From the NCBI GenBank assembly GCA_022605425.2, contig CM061246.1, forward strand, positions 1,364,001 through 1,428,000: a stretch of DNA of 64,000 nucleotides. Reading direction: 5' to 3'. Positions 50,200 to 62,586 of the stretch are shown here, piece after piece. Positions within the stretch are counted from its first letter, which is position 1. Every line of letters begins with the position of its first letter. Under the pieces are notes generated by a model, which was given only the letters and a program-made list of their open reading frames with translations, searched no databases and was not told where the DNA came from. The DNA is from Hamiltosporidium tvaerminnensis FI-OER-3-3. Taxonomy: Eukaryota > Fungi > Microsporidia. The position numbers were made by a program, and so were the translations under genes.

Positions 50200-50897
50200 A
50201 ACTTTCTGCTTGGCAATGAGTGTGTGAAACTGGTGTGAGATCATTGTTTGGATTTTTAGTGGGAATACAACCACACTACATCTTCGGTTGTTCCATGGGT
50301 GTTTGTTTTATGAGGAGAAGGTCTACGAAATGGCGAAACCGTTTCTTCAAATTTATTTTGTAGTTTTTTATGTAACTAAATCGTAGACCACGGCTGAACT
50401 TGTAAGTAATTTCCATGTAAAAGCATGGAAACTCAGCCTTACTCACTCGGGTTAGAAGAATTAGCGCCTGTGAAATACAAAAATGAAACCATTTGAAGCC
50501 AGGAGAGCTAAGTAGCAGGTTATAACTGTTGGTATGACATTGCACTGTCTAGATGGACCCCATGTAATTTTCTCAAATATATCTTAGCTAGAAAATTAAT
50601 GGGTTTAGAAAGAGTAAAGTAAGTGGGAATGCTGCATAGTCTTGGGGAAGCCTATAGTGAGTTTAGGCCTAAGATCACATTTAATAATGCACATTAACGA
50701 CTCCGAGCAACTGTCTTGCCTATTAATTAGGTTCTACACACCTGGTAGATGAAAGGCTTTAGGATGTAGGCATCGCAGGCGTTACCGATGGAGTGTTGGG
50801 GTAGCAGTTATTTATGTTAAACCTAGAACTGTGTTAATGCCATAAAAACACATATAACACTTTCCACTATTCTAAAAAGATGTGATGCTTTTAAACA
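50200..50897 (+). repeat. Family A structured non-coding repeat, copy 4 (best base-paired; first ~25 nt missing)
   Basis: Stems GGTCTACGA/TCGTAGACC, GGCTGA/TCAGCC, TTTCCATG/CATGGAAA, AGCTAAG/CTTAGCT; GACATTGCACTGTC at 50536-50549. Confidence 0.9.
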
Positions 50898-51328
50898 AAG
50901 TAATTTCTTTTGATAAATAACTTATTAAATATACTTGTTATAAGATAAATGTAAATGTGTATCTAATTTATATTTCAAGGTATGTGTTTCAATCCATTAC
51001 TCTTTTCCTTAAAATACATAATTTTTCTTATGTACCTATCAGAATCTAATATCTTCATTAAGTTGGCCGCATACAATCAACGAAGAATTTAATTTTATTT
51101 TTCATATCTTATTGTATTAAAATATCAGTCTTATACAAACCAATTTAATATTTTATTCCAATCTTGTCGTATTACATGATTAATCTTTAACAAAATTTTT
51201 AATATTTTATCTCAATCTTGTTCTATTAAATGAATAATCTGTAAACAAACCAATTTAATATTTTATTTCAATCTTGTTTTATTACATGATTAATCTTTAA
51301 CAAAATTTTTAATATTATTACCCTTTTA

Positions 51329-51778
51329 ATGGTAATACTTATTATATTTATAGGGCTTTGTTTAACAACAACACTATTTGTTTGTGAGTTACAAAAAGCA
51401 GAAGCAATAATAAACTTTGAGCAGAAAACGGTTTCTACGTATGATACAAGTAACAGAATAAACAACTTATCAAAACTAGAATTTATACTGCTTATAATAC
51501 TATGTGTAGTACAAATATACAAAATATTATCTTTTTCTTTTGTTGTAGGTGTGTGTGTTCTGGTGGTAGAAATTTATAAAAGATCGAAAAATGAGTGTTT
51601 TATAAGTCCGTTGGATTTGTTTGATGTGAAACAAGAGAAAAAGATGGAGGTCTATTGTAAAATGGGGTGTTATTTGTATTTGTTTTTTTATTATATTTAT
51701 CAGGTATGTCTTTTTTTTCGCGAAAGATTAAATAGATTTGAAATATTTGGGGATGTTTTTGAGTGGTTTAAATCTTAA
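51329..51778 (+). CDS. Cornichon/Erv14-like ER cargo receptor
   Basis: 3-TM layout; ..RINNLSKLEF.., SPLDLF..K.E.YCKMGCYLYLFFYYIYQV parallels the Erv14 C-terminus; TACCCTTTTAATG start context. Confidence 0.75.
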   Translation: MVILIIFIGLCLTTTLFVCELQKAEAIINFEQKTVSTYDTSNRINNLSKLEFILLIILCVVQIYKILSFSFVVGVCVLVVEIYKRSKNECFISPLDLFDVKQEKKMEVYCKMGCYLYLFFYYIYQVCLFFRERLNRFEIFGDVFEWFKS

Positions 51779-52329
51779 TTATAAATATTTTAATGGTTTT
51801 GTTAGTGAGAAGTTTCTTAGCTGAGGGTGAATAGATTTTTACTGAGGGTTTTATTAGTTGGAAGTGAAATGTAGTTGTTATAATTGTTTTATTCATAGTG
51901 GATGAAATGTAGTTGTTAATAAGGTTATATTATAAAAGTAATTTGTTAGGTTCTTTAAAAATTAAGACACAAGTTTATATTTAAAAGATTTTATTAAATG
52001 TATATCAATGTGCTGCTTTTTAAAGGTTTGATTTTTCTGATAAAATTATGTAACTTTTGTCTTTTTTGATTATATTTCTTAGGATTTATATTACTTCTCT
52101 GTTGTTTTTTTGATAGGTTCTTTAAATTGTGTCTTTATTTTGGATTTGAAATGATTGTTTAATTTGGTATTTGTTTACTTGAGAAGTTCTTACTCTTTGG
52201 CCTGTTTTTTTAATATGGTAAAGATTTTTATCTATTCTATATTTCTTGTATTACATATTCGTAGACCTTTTTAACGAACTCTATTGGCATTAATTTTTGA
52301 CTTGCAGCTTTTAAATCGATCAAAATTGA

Positions 52330-53600
52330 TACTTAATAGTTTTGAGCAAAAATACAAACGCTTCTACATCAATTGACATTCAGAGCTTTTAAGTTATATA
52401 TTATAGTATTTATTTAGCATAAAATCTCTGATTAATACCCGAAAGATTAACCTAATCTTATAATTATAAATACGACAAACTCATCGACTATTAGACCATG
52501 CTTTTGTGTTTTTACTTTTTCCAATATTTGAAGTAAATATTGAGAAAATTCTCACTTCAAGAAAACCATCTTCTTTTAAATATTATCTAAAACGAAAAAT
52601 AGAGGTATTATTTCGATTTTGACATCATTTCTAATTCTTGTGTCTAATTTACTCTTTGCATATAAATTTTCAAAATTTTTGAACTAATTGACTCTTATTA
52701 TGTTTTGTAGAAAAATCTCGTAGATATTTAGAAAAAGAAAGTGCAAAAATTTAACTACTTAATTTTTCCGTCTGATGTAGTATGACCGTGTATTTTCTTA
52801 CATTTAGTTTCTAAATGCTCTGCTATTCTATCATACTTGTTGTGGGTTTGAACACATTATTCTGCTCTAAAAAATACTTTTCTACATTGGATAAAACAGA
52901 ACATTGCTTCATATCGTACTCAATTATTGGCTATTTTTAGCTATCCTAAAATCAAAACACTCACAAGCCGATTTTATCTTGCCTTAAATATCTTTGAAGG
53001 AAGTTTTCGTACTTATTTTTCTTTGAATAATTTTTCGAGTGGTGTTTCTGCAAGTTTTCTTGGTGACATCTTCTTAAAACCTATATTTTACTTTTAATCA
53101 GTTTTTTTTTCAGAATGTTTTTACTTGTATTTCCCAGCTTAATGATTAATACCTTAGAGTCGGTATTCCTTTACTTTTTCAGATAACTCAAGAGTGAATA
53201 AGAGACTTTCACAAACATCACGACACTCACGAAACCTCTTCCAATTTCTTTTAAAAGAATTAAGATGTTCTTTGCATCTAGGCGGAAAGAAATAATATAT
53301 TTCACAAGCACTGAACCAATTGTACCATCTAACTTATGAAACTCCGCTAATTCAGGTCTAAGTAATTCTATATGATAGTCGAATAACAATACTGCATTCT
53401 CGGTGCTCGCAGAAAATGATTTTTGTAGATTTAATTTATGTGTAAAGTTTTGCGACTCTTGGGCTTAATTTTTCTCAGTAATTTATCTTTCATTCATCTC
53501 TGCTAATTACATTCCCCTCAAATATGTATCAAGACCTCATCTTCTAGATAGCAGCAGTATTTTCGTACCTAGAATATTTGTAGCTTACTTTATTTACTGA
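52330..53600 (-). mobile_element. Highly decayed R4/Dong-like copy
   Basis: YHIELLRPELAEFHKLDGTI..LKEIGRGFVSV aligns with the post-RT region of the other copies. Confidence 0.75.
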
Positions 53601-54199
53601 TTTGTAAGCATGTGGGGCCTTAAAACAAATCAAAAGGAAAAATTTATATTTTGTGAAGTATAATCCTATCGTATAATATTATAAAAACGTGAATAAACCT
53701 AGTAGTTTTACATTGTCCGATACACATGATAAACCCGGTGCAAAATATTTTAGATAAAACTATAAATAATAAATTCAGAAAGAAATCAGTGTATCTTAAA
53801 GCTTCTTTGATAGTAAATTCATATATAATATATATTAGATGTATATAACTAACTGAATTTTAATATTTCTTTTTAGATTGAAAGTTTATCATATGACAAA
53901 AACTGTAAAAATGTAATTTAAAAACAACTTCAAACTATTTCATTTTTCGTTGATAATTATAATAAATATTAGTGTGATATAAATGGATTTTTTCTTGTAT
54001 CTAAGAGATTTCTTATTATTTTTCAATTCCAGAATAAAACATAACAGATAAAATATTTTGAGGAATAATAAAATAACCATTAAAAAACATAATTTTTGAT
54101 TGTAAATTTTTTCATAGAAGATTTTCTAGAAAATTTAGAATAAACTATACAATCGATAATATAATCCAAATAAGCAAATTTCTAATGTGTTTTATTTCA

Positions 54200-56000
54200 A
54201 GATTATATGTATCTTTTGGTTTTTTATATTTGCTAGCGTTTTTAATAACCAAAGATTCGGGGCTATCAGTTTTGAATGAAATTCGAGGCTTTGATTTTAC
54301 CGGATATGTCATTATTTAAATTGGCGAAAAAAAATTATTTAAGAAACTATAATTTATCATTCAATAAATTTATCTCCACGTTTGGAATTAGTTTTTTGCT
54401 GCGAGAAAAACTATAATTTACTGTTTGGTATATTAAAGATACAATTAAAAAATAGTGATAACATAATTTTATTTAATGTAAACTATTTCTATTGCTCGAT
54501 TTAGCAAAATTTCAAATATTCTTCTCTTTGCATGTAAAATTTTTTTAGATTCGGGTTTCTGCTATTTTCTGTGCCAATTTATGGTAATTTTTTTAAAAAT
54601 AAAACAATCAATACTTGGGAATGCTCAACTTAGACCTACAATCCTTTTATTGGTATGTCTCATTAAATATGGGGTAAGTATTCACCTTGCTCTTTATATA
54701 CTATATTTGCAGAGTGTTTAAATTTTAAAGAAATATTTGAGGCAAAAAACTTATTCGGCGATAAAAAAAACAATGGTATTTGTATTATTTTTGGATTAAC
54801 TTAGCTATTAAATATCTCCGTTTTTCACGATCTTTTATTTCTAGCATACTTCATTGTGTATTTTAGCACTATCAGTTTAGATTATCGTAATAGTACTTTA
54901 CAAGGTAAATAACCAAATTTTGTATCAAAGATCAGCAAAAAATTATACTCTCTTATTTTCGCTTTCATATTTTATGTACAAATTGTACAATCTAATTCCG
55001 AATACATGTTTGGTACCTCTTTAGTTTGTTTTATTAAAATAAAATCATGCTTTTGTGGCCTCAACACGGGTTAATTATTGGCTCGACTCTCATTCTTTGC
55101 ATTTTTTTGAAAAAATAGTGTAAAAATGGCTATTTCAGGTGTTGAGAATTATAATTTAAACTTTCAGATAAAATTTACCTTAAATTATAAACTTAACTTT
55201 GAAACCTATTATAATTATTTAGCTAATTGTTTAATATTCCTCCACAAAATTATATATCAAGTTTTTAGACATCAAAATTTTCTGATATATTTATTTTCTA
55301 TGATATTTACTTCTTATTTAACAAAATAAGAGGTTGTTTCATACCTTAGCTTAAGCTTTTTTCCGTTGGCTAATTTAAATTTTTTTTACACATAAGCTCA
55401 GCTTTGTATCTCAGTTGACTTTCAATCCAATGCGATATTGCAATAAATATTCCCGATTTTGAAGCATTTTAACAATCTTTGTGATCCTGATTTTATTCTA
55501 TGGAGATTCAAATAAAATCTTGTAAAGAAGAAAGCACTACTTTAAGAATACGTCAATTCTGTATTGAATTATTCAAATTTTTGCGGGGCATTGTAGAGTT
55601 ACACGAACATATCTTGCTTTATAAGGCCACATCTACAGATACCTTGGGCTAATTTTTATAGATAAGGTGCAAATCCTAAATAATAACGAATTCATCAGAT
55701 CCTCTAAACAAGAGAAATATGCAATTGTAGCTTGGATGCTGGTATAATAAAGTTATTTTATGTTAGCACATGAAATTTACTGCTTACATGAATTTTAAGT
55801 ATTTTATTTGAGGAGTGAAAGGTTTCTGGTTTCATATAATTGAATTATAAATTGATTTTTATTTGTCGTATTTTATATCCATATGATTACACATAAAATC
55901 AAGCCATTTAAAGGTTGTTTTAATACTCCAAATTACTGCATTTGTATCATATTCTTTTTATTTTATAATATTATTTTTCATAAAATGTGTCAACATATTG
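54200..56000 (-). mobile_element. Possible very decayed Ty3/Gypsy pol remnant
   Basis: Weak ordered resemblance to RT (TMPR..NNS, LQDFI, LKVN) and RNase H motifs on the minus strand; no intact ORF. Confidence 0.25.
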
Positions 56001-58455
56001 TGCCATAAGGTATAATATTGCATTTTTTCTTACACAAGAAGCCTATCATGTCTAAAAAAAAATATCGTAATATTAAAATAATTTTACATACCTTGTAGGA
56101 TTATATTGCTCATAGACTCAATTGCAATAAATAATACATTACAAATATAAGAGTACAGTACTCTTTCATTTGCATTTTATCTTCAAATCTTCTCTTTAAA
56201 TTATTTTTATTATATCTATTTATAGATTAAGAGAAGTTTGAAAACAAATTTTATTTAATCAGAATTAAATAAAGAAAAAGTTGGTTGCCAAGGTATTAAA
56301 CTACGTACTCGCTTATTTTAAAGTATTTAATTTCATAATTTTTCTTTTCATCTATGTTTTTCTATACTTTTTATTTTATACGAGAACATAAGACTAGTTC
56401 TTTTACTCAAATAACTTTTTGATTGGACTTGACTATCTCTATGCAAATAATCTTATAATCCACTCCTTAGTTTAAACATGGTTATGTAACAGTCATGGTT
56501 TTCAACGTACTTTACATGTATCTTATTGTTTTAATGATATAACATCCCGTGTCGTGGTTTCATGAAATCAGATACGTAAGTTTGCAGTAAAACCGATTAA
56601 CTGTTTGGTTGTAATTTATTACATCAAAAGAAGGATTATAATATAAGTAAAAGCCATTGGTTCTATAGTATGAAATCATAACTTCTATTCATTCCGTGAA
56701 TTTTCTAATTAAGATGCATATTAAAAAATTTTATTATATAATCAATTAATTTAAAAAAGCATGGAAAGAAATATCCGTATTGATAGTCTTCCACTATTTG
56801 TATTTGTAATCGCATATATTTCTTTTCATTGCAAATCATAACTCAGATTATCTAATGATGGTCATATTTTCACATTTAAAATTCTCAGAGTACAAAAGAA
56901 AATATTAATCTCGGACAAAACTACAGAATTAATTCGTTTTTCGAAACATGATCTCAATTTTCTAAATTTCGGATATTTGTTTTACTACAAAAACCGATTT
57001 CTAAACAAACATCGCATTTAATTATTCTGTTAGTTTATTTGAAACCAAAAGCCTGTATGAATTTCTTAAAAGTTTTTTCTACGAGATGCTATTCCATGAA
57101 TATATTCTTTAGTATTAACTAGAAATAGCGCAAATAAATTTCTTCATTTGTGCGTACGTTTGGTTCTAAACTGCATCTTATAGAACAAGCAACATTTAGG
57201 ACTCGCGCTAGAAATCTTAAACGAAAATGGTATAAAAATTCGGCATATCCTTCATTCGATGATTAAAGTCGGAAATTTGGTATCAAATAATCGATTTCAA
57301 AACTCGGAATTTTATAGCCTCGTTTTATATTACCTGGTCAGGATTTCTTCTTTTTCATCAATTTTTTTAGTCTAAATAAAATACATAATTTAAGTCCAAA
57401 ATTTACTTCAAGACCCAGCAAATTATTCGGGTGCACGTCTTATTTTTATTGCCCGATCTTCTTTCATTTTTTCTCGAAATAAATTTGCGCAAGAAAACAA
57501 CTAAAAACAGATTTTAAATTTCTTTTATATAAATATGCAGCTTTTCTATTATCTCAGTCATTTCTCTAAACTCAGTTGCATTCTTATAAACGGGTAAAAA
57601 CATATTCTAACTATTAGTAATTATAAAATACAATATAAACACAGGAATTCCCATATTTTCATTAAATGAGCTCAATATTGGAGTTCAGAATAGAATAAAT
57701 TGATTAAGAAGTCAAAATTTCAAGGAAAATACTTGTAGGACATTCAGAGAAGTTGTATGTTAGATTCTAGTACAATGTTTAATAATAGTTAGATTTGATC
57801 GAGTTTTTATTTTGTTTACAATCGAAAAACGGTACTTGCTCACTTTTTGTAGCTATTCCTTCGCTTTTTTATGTCAGCATTGTTTGAATTATTTTTAACT
57901 CTCTAACTTTATTTTCTTATACTACGCATATTATTACAGATCTGTCTAAACGAACAAAATACTTGACTATTACTAAATCTGAAAACTTGAATATATATTT
58001 ACTATTTATTATGTAATTAGCATCAAAGTTTGTGTACTTTATAAATAAACCTCTGATGTTCGTACTTCGTATACACTAATTTTTTTTGTTTCATTCAGAA
58101 AATAGCCTAAAAAATTATAATTGCTATGAAATTATATATTCTGATTGTGCAAATATGAACTTATATGAATCACAAATTATAAAAGTAATAAAGTTTTTAT
58201 TTTGTAGTAAGTGAAGTTTAAAAATTTTATTTAGATCGACTGAATCAAAAACAGTTAAAGTGCAATATTTATCGAAATAAACAAAAGAGTGATAAATATA
58301 AAATATATTAAGATCAAAAGATATAATTTCACTAAAACCGAATAAAATTAAAAAAACTGTATAGATTCGAACGGTTAAAGAAATCCAAAAGTATAAGATG
58401 AAAAAACAATATTTTATTTATAAAAATTATCTTAATAGTTCTATTTCAAATCGAT

Positions 58456-60264
58456 TCAATTACTTTTAATTAATTTTATAATTTTATTTTCAATCTCATT
58501 GATTTCTTTCTTATCATATTTTTCTTCTAAATTCATTTTTTTTAATAAATTAACAGAATTATTCAATTCTGATACTTTTTTAGAATCCAAAACACTATTC
58601 GTTATAAAATTTTCAGTTGTTTTAACAATATTTTCTATTTCATTTTTAAATTCAATATTTTTTTTTCTCTCCAAATCCGCTGTTTTTAATTGTTCGGATT
58701 CATTAATCATTCTATCGATTTCTTGTTCTGTCAGACCACCATTCGGTATTATTTCCATACTTTGTTCCTTGTTATCTATTTGGTCCTTGGCAGTAATTTT
58801 ATAGATTCCATTCGAATCTGCTTCAAATATTACTTCTATTCTCGGTACTCCTTTTGGTAATGGTTTAATATCTTTTAATTTAATATTTCCAAGATATTTA
58901 TTATGGAATGCCAACGGTCTTTCTCCTTGGTATATTTTGATATCAACTTCATCTTGATTATCTTCTGATGTGGTAAAGATTTGACTGACTTTAAAAGGCG
59001 TGGTTGTGTTTCTATTCACTATTTTTGAAAATATACCGCCAACAGTTTCTATTCCCAAACTCAGTGGTACAACATCTAGAAGTAATACATTTTTAATTTC
59101 TCCTTTCAAAACACCTGCTTGTATCGCTGCTCCTTTCGCAACAACTTCATCTGGATTTACACTACTTATAGGTTCAATTCCGAATGTTTCTTTAACAATT
59201 TTTCTTACCAATGGCATTCTTGTCATTCCACCTACTAATATTACATGTTTTATATCCCCAAGTTCTACCTTAGCATCACGCAATGCCTTTTTACATGGCT
59301 CTACTGTTTTTCTCAAAATATTTTCAACAATATTTTCATATTTGCTTCTCGTAAATTCTTCTTCTAAATGTAAAGAATTATTGTTATCAATAAAAGCAAA
59401 AGGAATCCGCACAACTGAAGATTTTTTTACGGACAATTCCTTTTTCAAATTTTCTGCTGCTTCTTTAATTCTTTGCATTCCAATTTTGTCAGTTCGTAGA
59501 TCTACATTATTTTTTTTGTTAAAATTATCTACCAAATACGTAACAATTTCATTGTCTATATCTTCTCCTCCTAGATTTGTATCACCGTTCGTACTTTTTA
59601 CCTCAAAAATACCATTTTTTAATTCTAAAATTGAAATATCAAATGTTCCCCCGCCTAGATCATAAACAGCTACAATTCCGTTTTCTGATTTATCTAATCC
59701 ATATGATAAGGCAGCAGCAGTTGGCTCATTAATTATTCTTATAACATCTAACCCTGCAATAGCACCCGCGTCTTTAGTAGCTTGCCTTTGTTTATCATTG
59801 AAATATGCGGGAACGGTTATAACAGATTTGGTAATTTTGGTATTTAAATACTTCTCTGCTGTTTCCTTCATTTTTGACAAAATAAAAGCCCCGATTTGTG
59901 ATGGTGAAAATTTTTTATCTTCTATATTTATCCATACATCACCATTTACATGTGAAAAAGTAGAATACGGTAAAGATTTTATATATTTTTGTATTTCATT
60001 ATCCATAAACTTTCTACCGATCAGTCTTTTAGAACCAAAAATAGTAGATGTGGGATTTGTTAATAACATTTTTTTAGCGTGTTCGCCCACAAATATTTCA
60101 TCCCCTTCAACAGATACAACAGAAGGTGTAGTTCTGTTACCTTCACTATTTTCAATTACAATAGGTATGTTGTTCTCAAGTACAGAAACACAAGAATTTG
60201 TTGTTCCCAAATCTATTCCAATTATTTTTTGAATACCGCTTGATACATTTATTGAAGAAGTCAT
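58456..60264 (-). CDS. SSC1: Mitochondrial-type (mitosomal) Hsp70
   Basis: GIDLGTT, mito/proteobacterial signatures GDVWI (GDAWV) and SPSQIG, DLGGGTFD, LVGGMTRMP; essentially no presequence; TTAACCCTAAAAATG start. Confidence 0.95.
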   Translation of the reverse strand: MTSSINVSSGIQKIIGIDLGTTNSCVSVLENNIPIVIENSEGNRTTPSVVSVEGDEIFVGEHAKKMLLTNPTSTIFGSKRLIGRKFMDNEIQKYIKSLPYSTFSHVNGDVWINIEDKKFSPSQIGAFILSKMKETAEKYLNTKITKSVITVPAYFNDKQRQATKDAGAIAGLDVIRIINEPTAAALSYGLDKSENGIVAVYDLGGGTFDISILELKNGIFEVKSTNGDTNLGGEDIDNEIVTYLVDNFNKKNNVDLRTDKIGMQRIKEAAENLKKELSVKKSSVVRIPFAFIDNNNSLHLEEEFTRSKYENIVENILRKTVEPCKKALRDAKVELGDIKHVILVGGMTRMPLVRKIVKETFGIEPISSVNPDEVVAKGAAIQAGVLKGEIKNVLLLDVVPLSLGIETVGGIFSKIVNRNTTTPFKVSQIFTTSEDNQDEVDIKIYQGERPLAFHNKYLGNIKLKDIKPLPKGVPRIEVIFEADSNGIYKITAKDQIDNKEQSMEIIPNGGLTEQEIDRMINESEQLKTADLERKKNIEFKNEIENIVKTTENFITNSVLDSKKVSELNNSVNLLKKMNLEEKYDKKEINEIENKIIKLIKSN

Positions 60265-60276
60265 TTTTAGGGTTAA
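60265..60276 (-). promoter_or_regulatory. Microsporidian CCC-like motif upstream of the start codon (example)
   Basis: CCC within ~15 nt of the ATG here and at genes starting 7916, 24789, 33963, 42288, 48535 and 51329. Confidence 0.75.
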
Positions 60277-61239
60277 ATTCCGTTATTTTTTAAGCAAAAA
60301 TAAATAGAAAAATGCAAAGACTTAGCCATTTTTCATGATTTAATAAAAAAAATAAAAAAAAATTTATAGAGAAAACAATTAAAAGTTTAACAATAAAATT
60401 TATTTTATAGCTTATTTGCTTAAAATTTCTCTTTATTGAATACATCTTTTTATTTTTTATTCTATCAGTGCTTTGTATATGAATTTATTTATATTTAAGT
60501 CAATACTTTGATTTGTACATTTTATTCACACAAAAATATCAATAATTTTGTTTAGAGTATATGCAAACGTCTTCTTAATTGCAACCTTTTTTTAATAGAA
60601 GTCATAAGTTTTCAGAACATCATTTCTCTGTATTGATTTTCTGATTGCAACTGGCCAACTTATTCGAATTTTGAATTCACACCTATCCTATTCGAGGATG
60701 CAATGAAATAATCACAACGGAATTTTTATCGATTCCTGTATGTACTTTCTAATTTATATCTTATAAATTCTAAGCAATATCTTCGTGCGGCACGGGTTTA
60801 AGTATTTTATAAATACTAAACTTAGAAAAAAGATCCGTATCATAAAGTAAATCATATTTATTGGTATCCTAACTTTAATTGTTTAAAGTGCATCCACTAA
60901 ATAAATTCCGAATTTAATAAAAACTATCTCGTTAAATTCTTGTTTAAATTAAATATTTGAATTCGTTTTCAGATTTTTTTCACACATATTTCTTTGATTC
61001 ATCACTATTATTTAAATACACATTTTTTAAAAATTGCTTGCAAAAAATGGCTTTTATTGAGCTTTGAATGTTTTAAATTGTGTTTTTCTATGAAAGTAAT
61101 ATAAATACACAATTAATTTTTTTTATCAATTATATTATATACGTGTCTGACTAATTATTTCCACCTATGAGTCAATTAGTTTACATACTACTATAAAATT
61201 ACCATCATTTCGACAACTTTTCTTCTTTACACCCAATTA

Positions 61240-61950
61240 ATTTCTTTTAAAGATATATTCAAACATTGCTTCATTATATGGTTCTATTCGGTTTTTAGAA
61301 GCCATTTATTATGTAAATAAAAATAATTTTAACATTATTTCTAGTTAGATTTAGCTTGGAATGCAATTTTACATTTTTATTTTGTTATGTAAATTAGCCA
61401 GTTGAGCTTTTTTTCTCAAAGCTCTTCTTCATAACCATATTTACTTGTATAAAGTCTTTTATTGATGCCATATAGATTTGTTATGATTTTCCATCTTATG
61501 GATTGCTACTCGCTCAATAGATATTTCTTTCCAGAAATCTAAAAGTTGCAAGAATATGTTCGCTTCGTAACTCAACACCATGTTGTACACCTTCAGGTCA
61601 ATATCTAGATATCAACAGGCGCTTTTTACGTTTCTGGTTTAAAAAATATTTATTTTTTATCAATATTACACACATTTCATTATTCTATTCAAAAAATTAG
61701 CAGTTTAGTTCGAAGTACTCCTATATGATAGTTAATTAACGATATCGATATTTATAAATTGTACAAAATAACTTTCGTGTATTTAAATCCGTAAGATAAG
61801 ATTTTTATGGCTTTTAATAAACTTCTCTTTTACTTTCAGAAATAAAATACGTTTAGATTTTTCTTACTAGCTTTTATTTTTTTCAATTTGGTGAACACAA
61901 ACTACGTCTAGAAGAGTAGCAATTTCTTAAAAACATGCCTCATTTATCTA
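61240..61950 (-). mobile_element. Very decayed R4/Dong-like copy
   Basis: aacattgcttcat, agttgagctt, aagttgcaagaatatgttcgctt and agaagagtagca occur in the same order as in copy 1-1540. Confidence 0.6.
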
Positions 61951-62586
61951 AAACTTTATATTTTCGTATATAATACCATTTTGACAAGAAACTCCGTATT
62001 TCGTTCGTTATTAAAGATGGATAGCATCACTTAACACAAAAACTTTAAATCATAAGTATGAAAAAGTCTATTCTTCTTATAAGGCCATCAATCATATAAA
62101 CTACCAGTCTATTATATTTATCAATGGTTTACAGCACAATCAATAAATAAAAATTCAAGAAAGTTAAGTTAGACCATATTCTTGCAGACTTTCTTTTTTA
62201 CCATTTTTGCTGCCTACATTTTTTTATTTCATGATAAATAAATTTAAAATTTTAAATCTTTATTCTATTATTTTTCGATTTATCATTCAGTTTTATTGAA
62301 TAATCATCATATGTTAAAGAAATAGACTTTTTAATTTTAATTCAAGTCGCCTTTATCTTTTTATTACAAGGGTAAGAAATAATTATTACAAATAAAATAT
62401 TATAAATTAAGAATTATGATAAAACAAGAAAAGTAATTTAAACTAATTTATCCTAGTTTTAATGTATTTTAAACTTTATTAAACTTTTAAATAATTATTG
62501 TGTTGAAATTAAAGAAATAAAAAAAATATTTAAGTTTAATTAAAGTAATAGTCAGTGGTATAAAAAAAGGAATTTAAATAAAGTTT

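Noticed and set aside
50314-50390. GAAGGTCT..AGACC resembling the RNase P/MRP P4 helix
   Set aside because: Only ~60 nt separate the strands and the other conserved regions are not recognisable; multi-copy dispersed behaviour also does not fit.
50200-50897. Hammerhead ribozyme (retrozyme) or tRNA A/B boxes in families A and B
   Set aside because: No conserved CUGANGA..GAAA core and no GTTCRANNC B box found on either strand by eye.
58499-60232. Plus-strand ORFs of 101-221 aa
   Set aside because: Antisense shadows of Hsp70; similar shadows overlie most other real genes.
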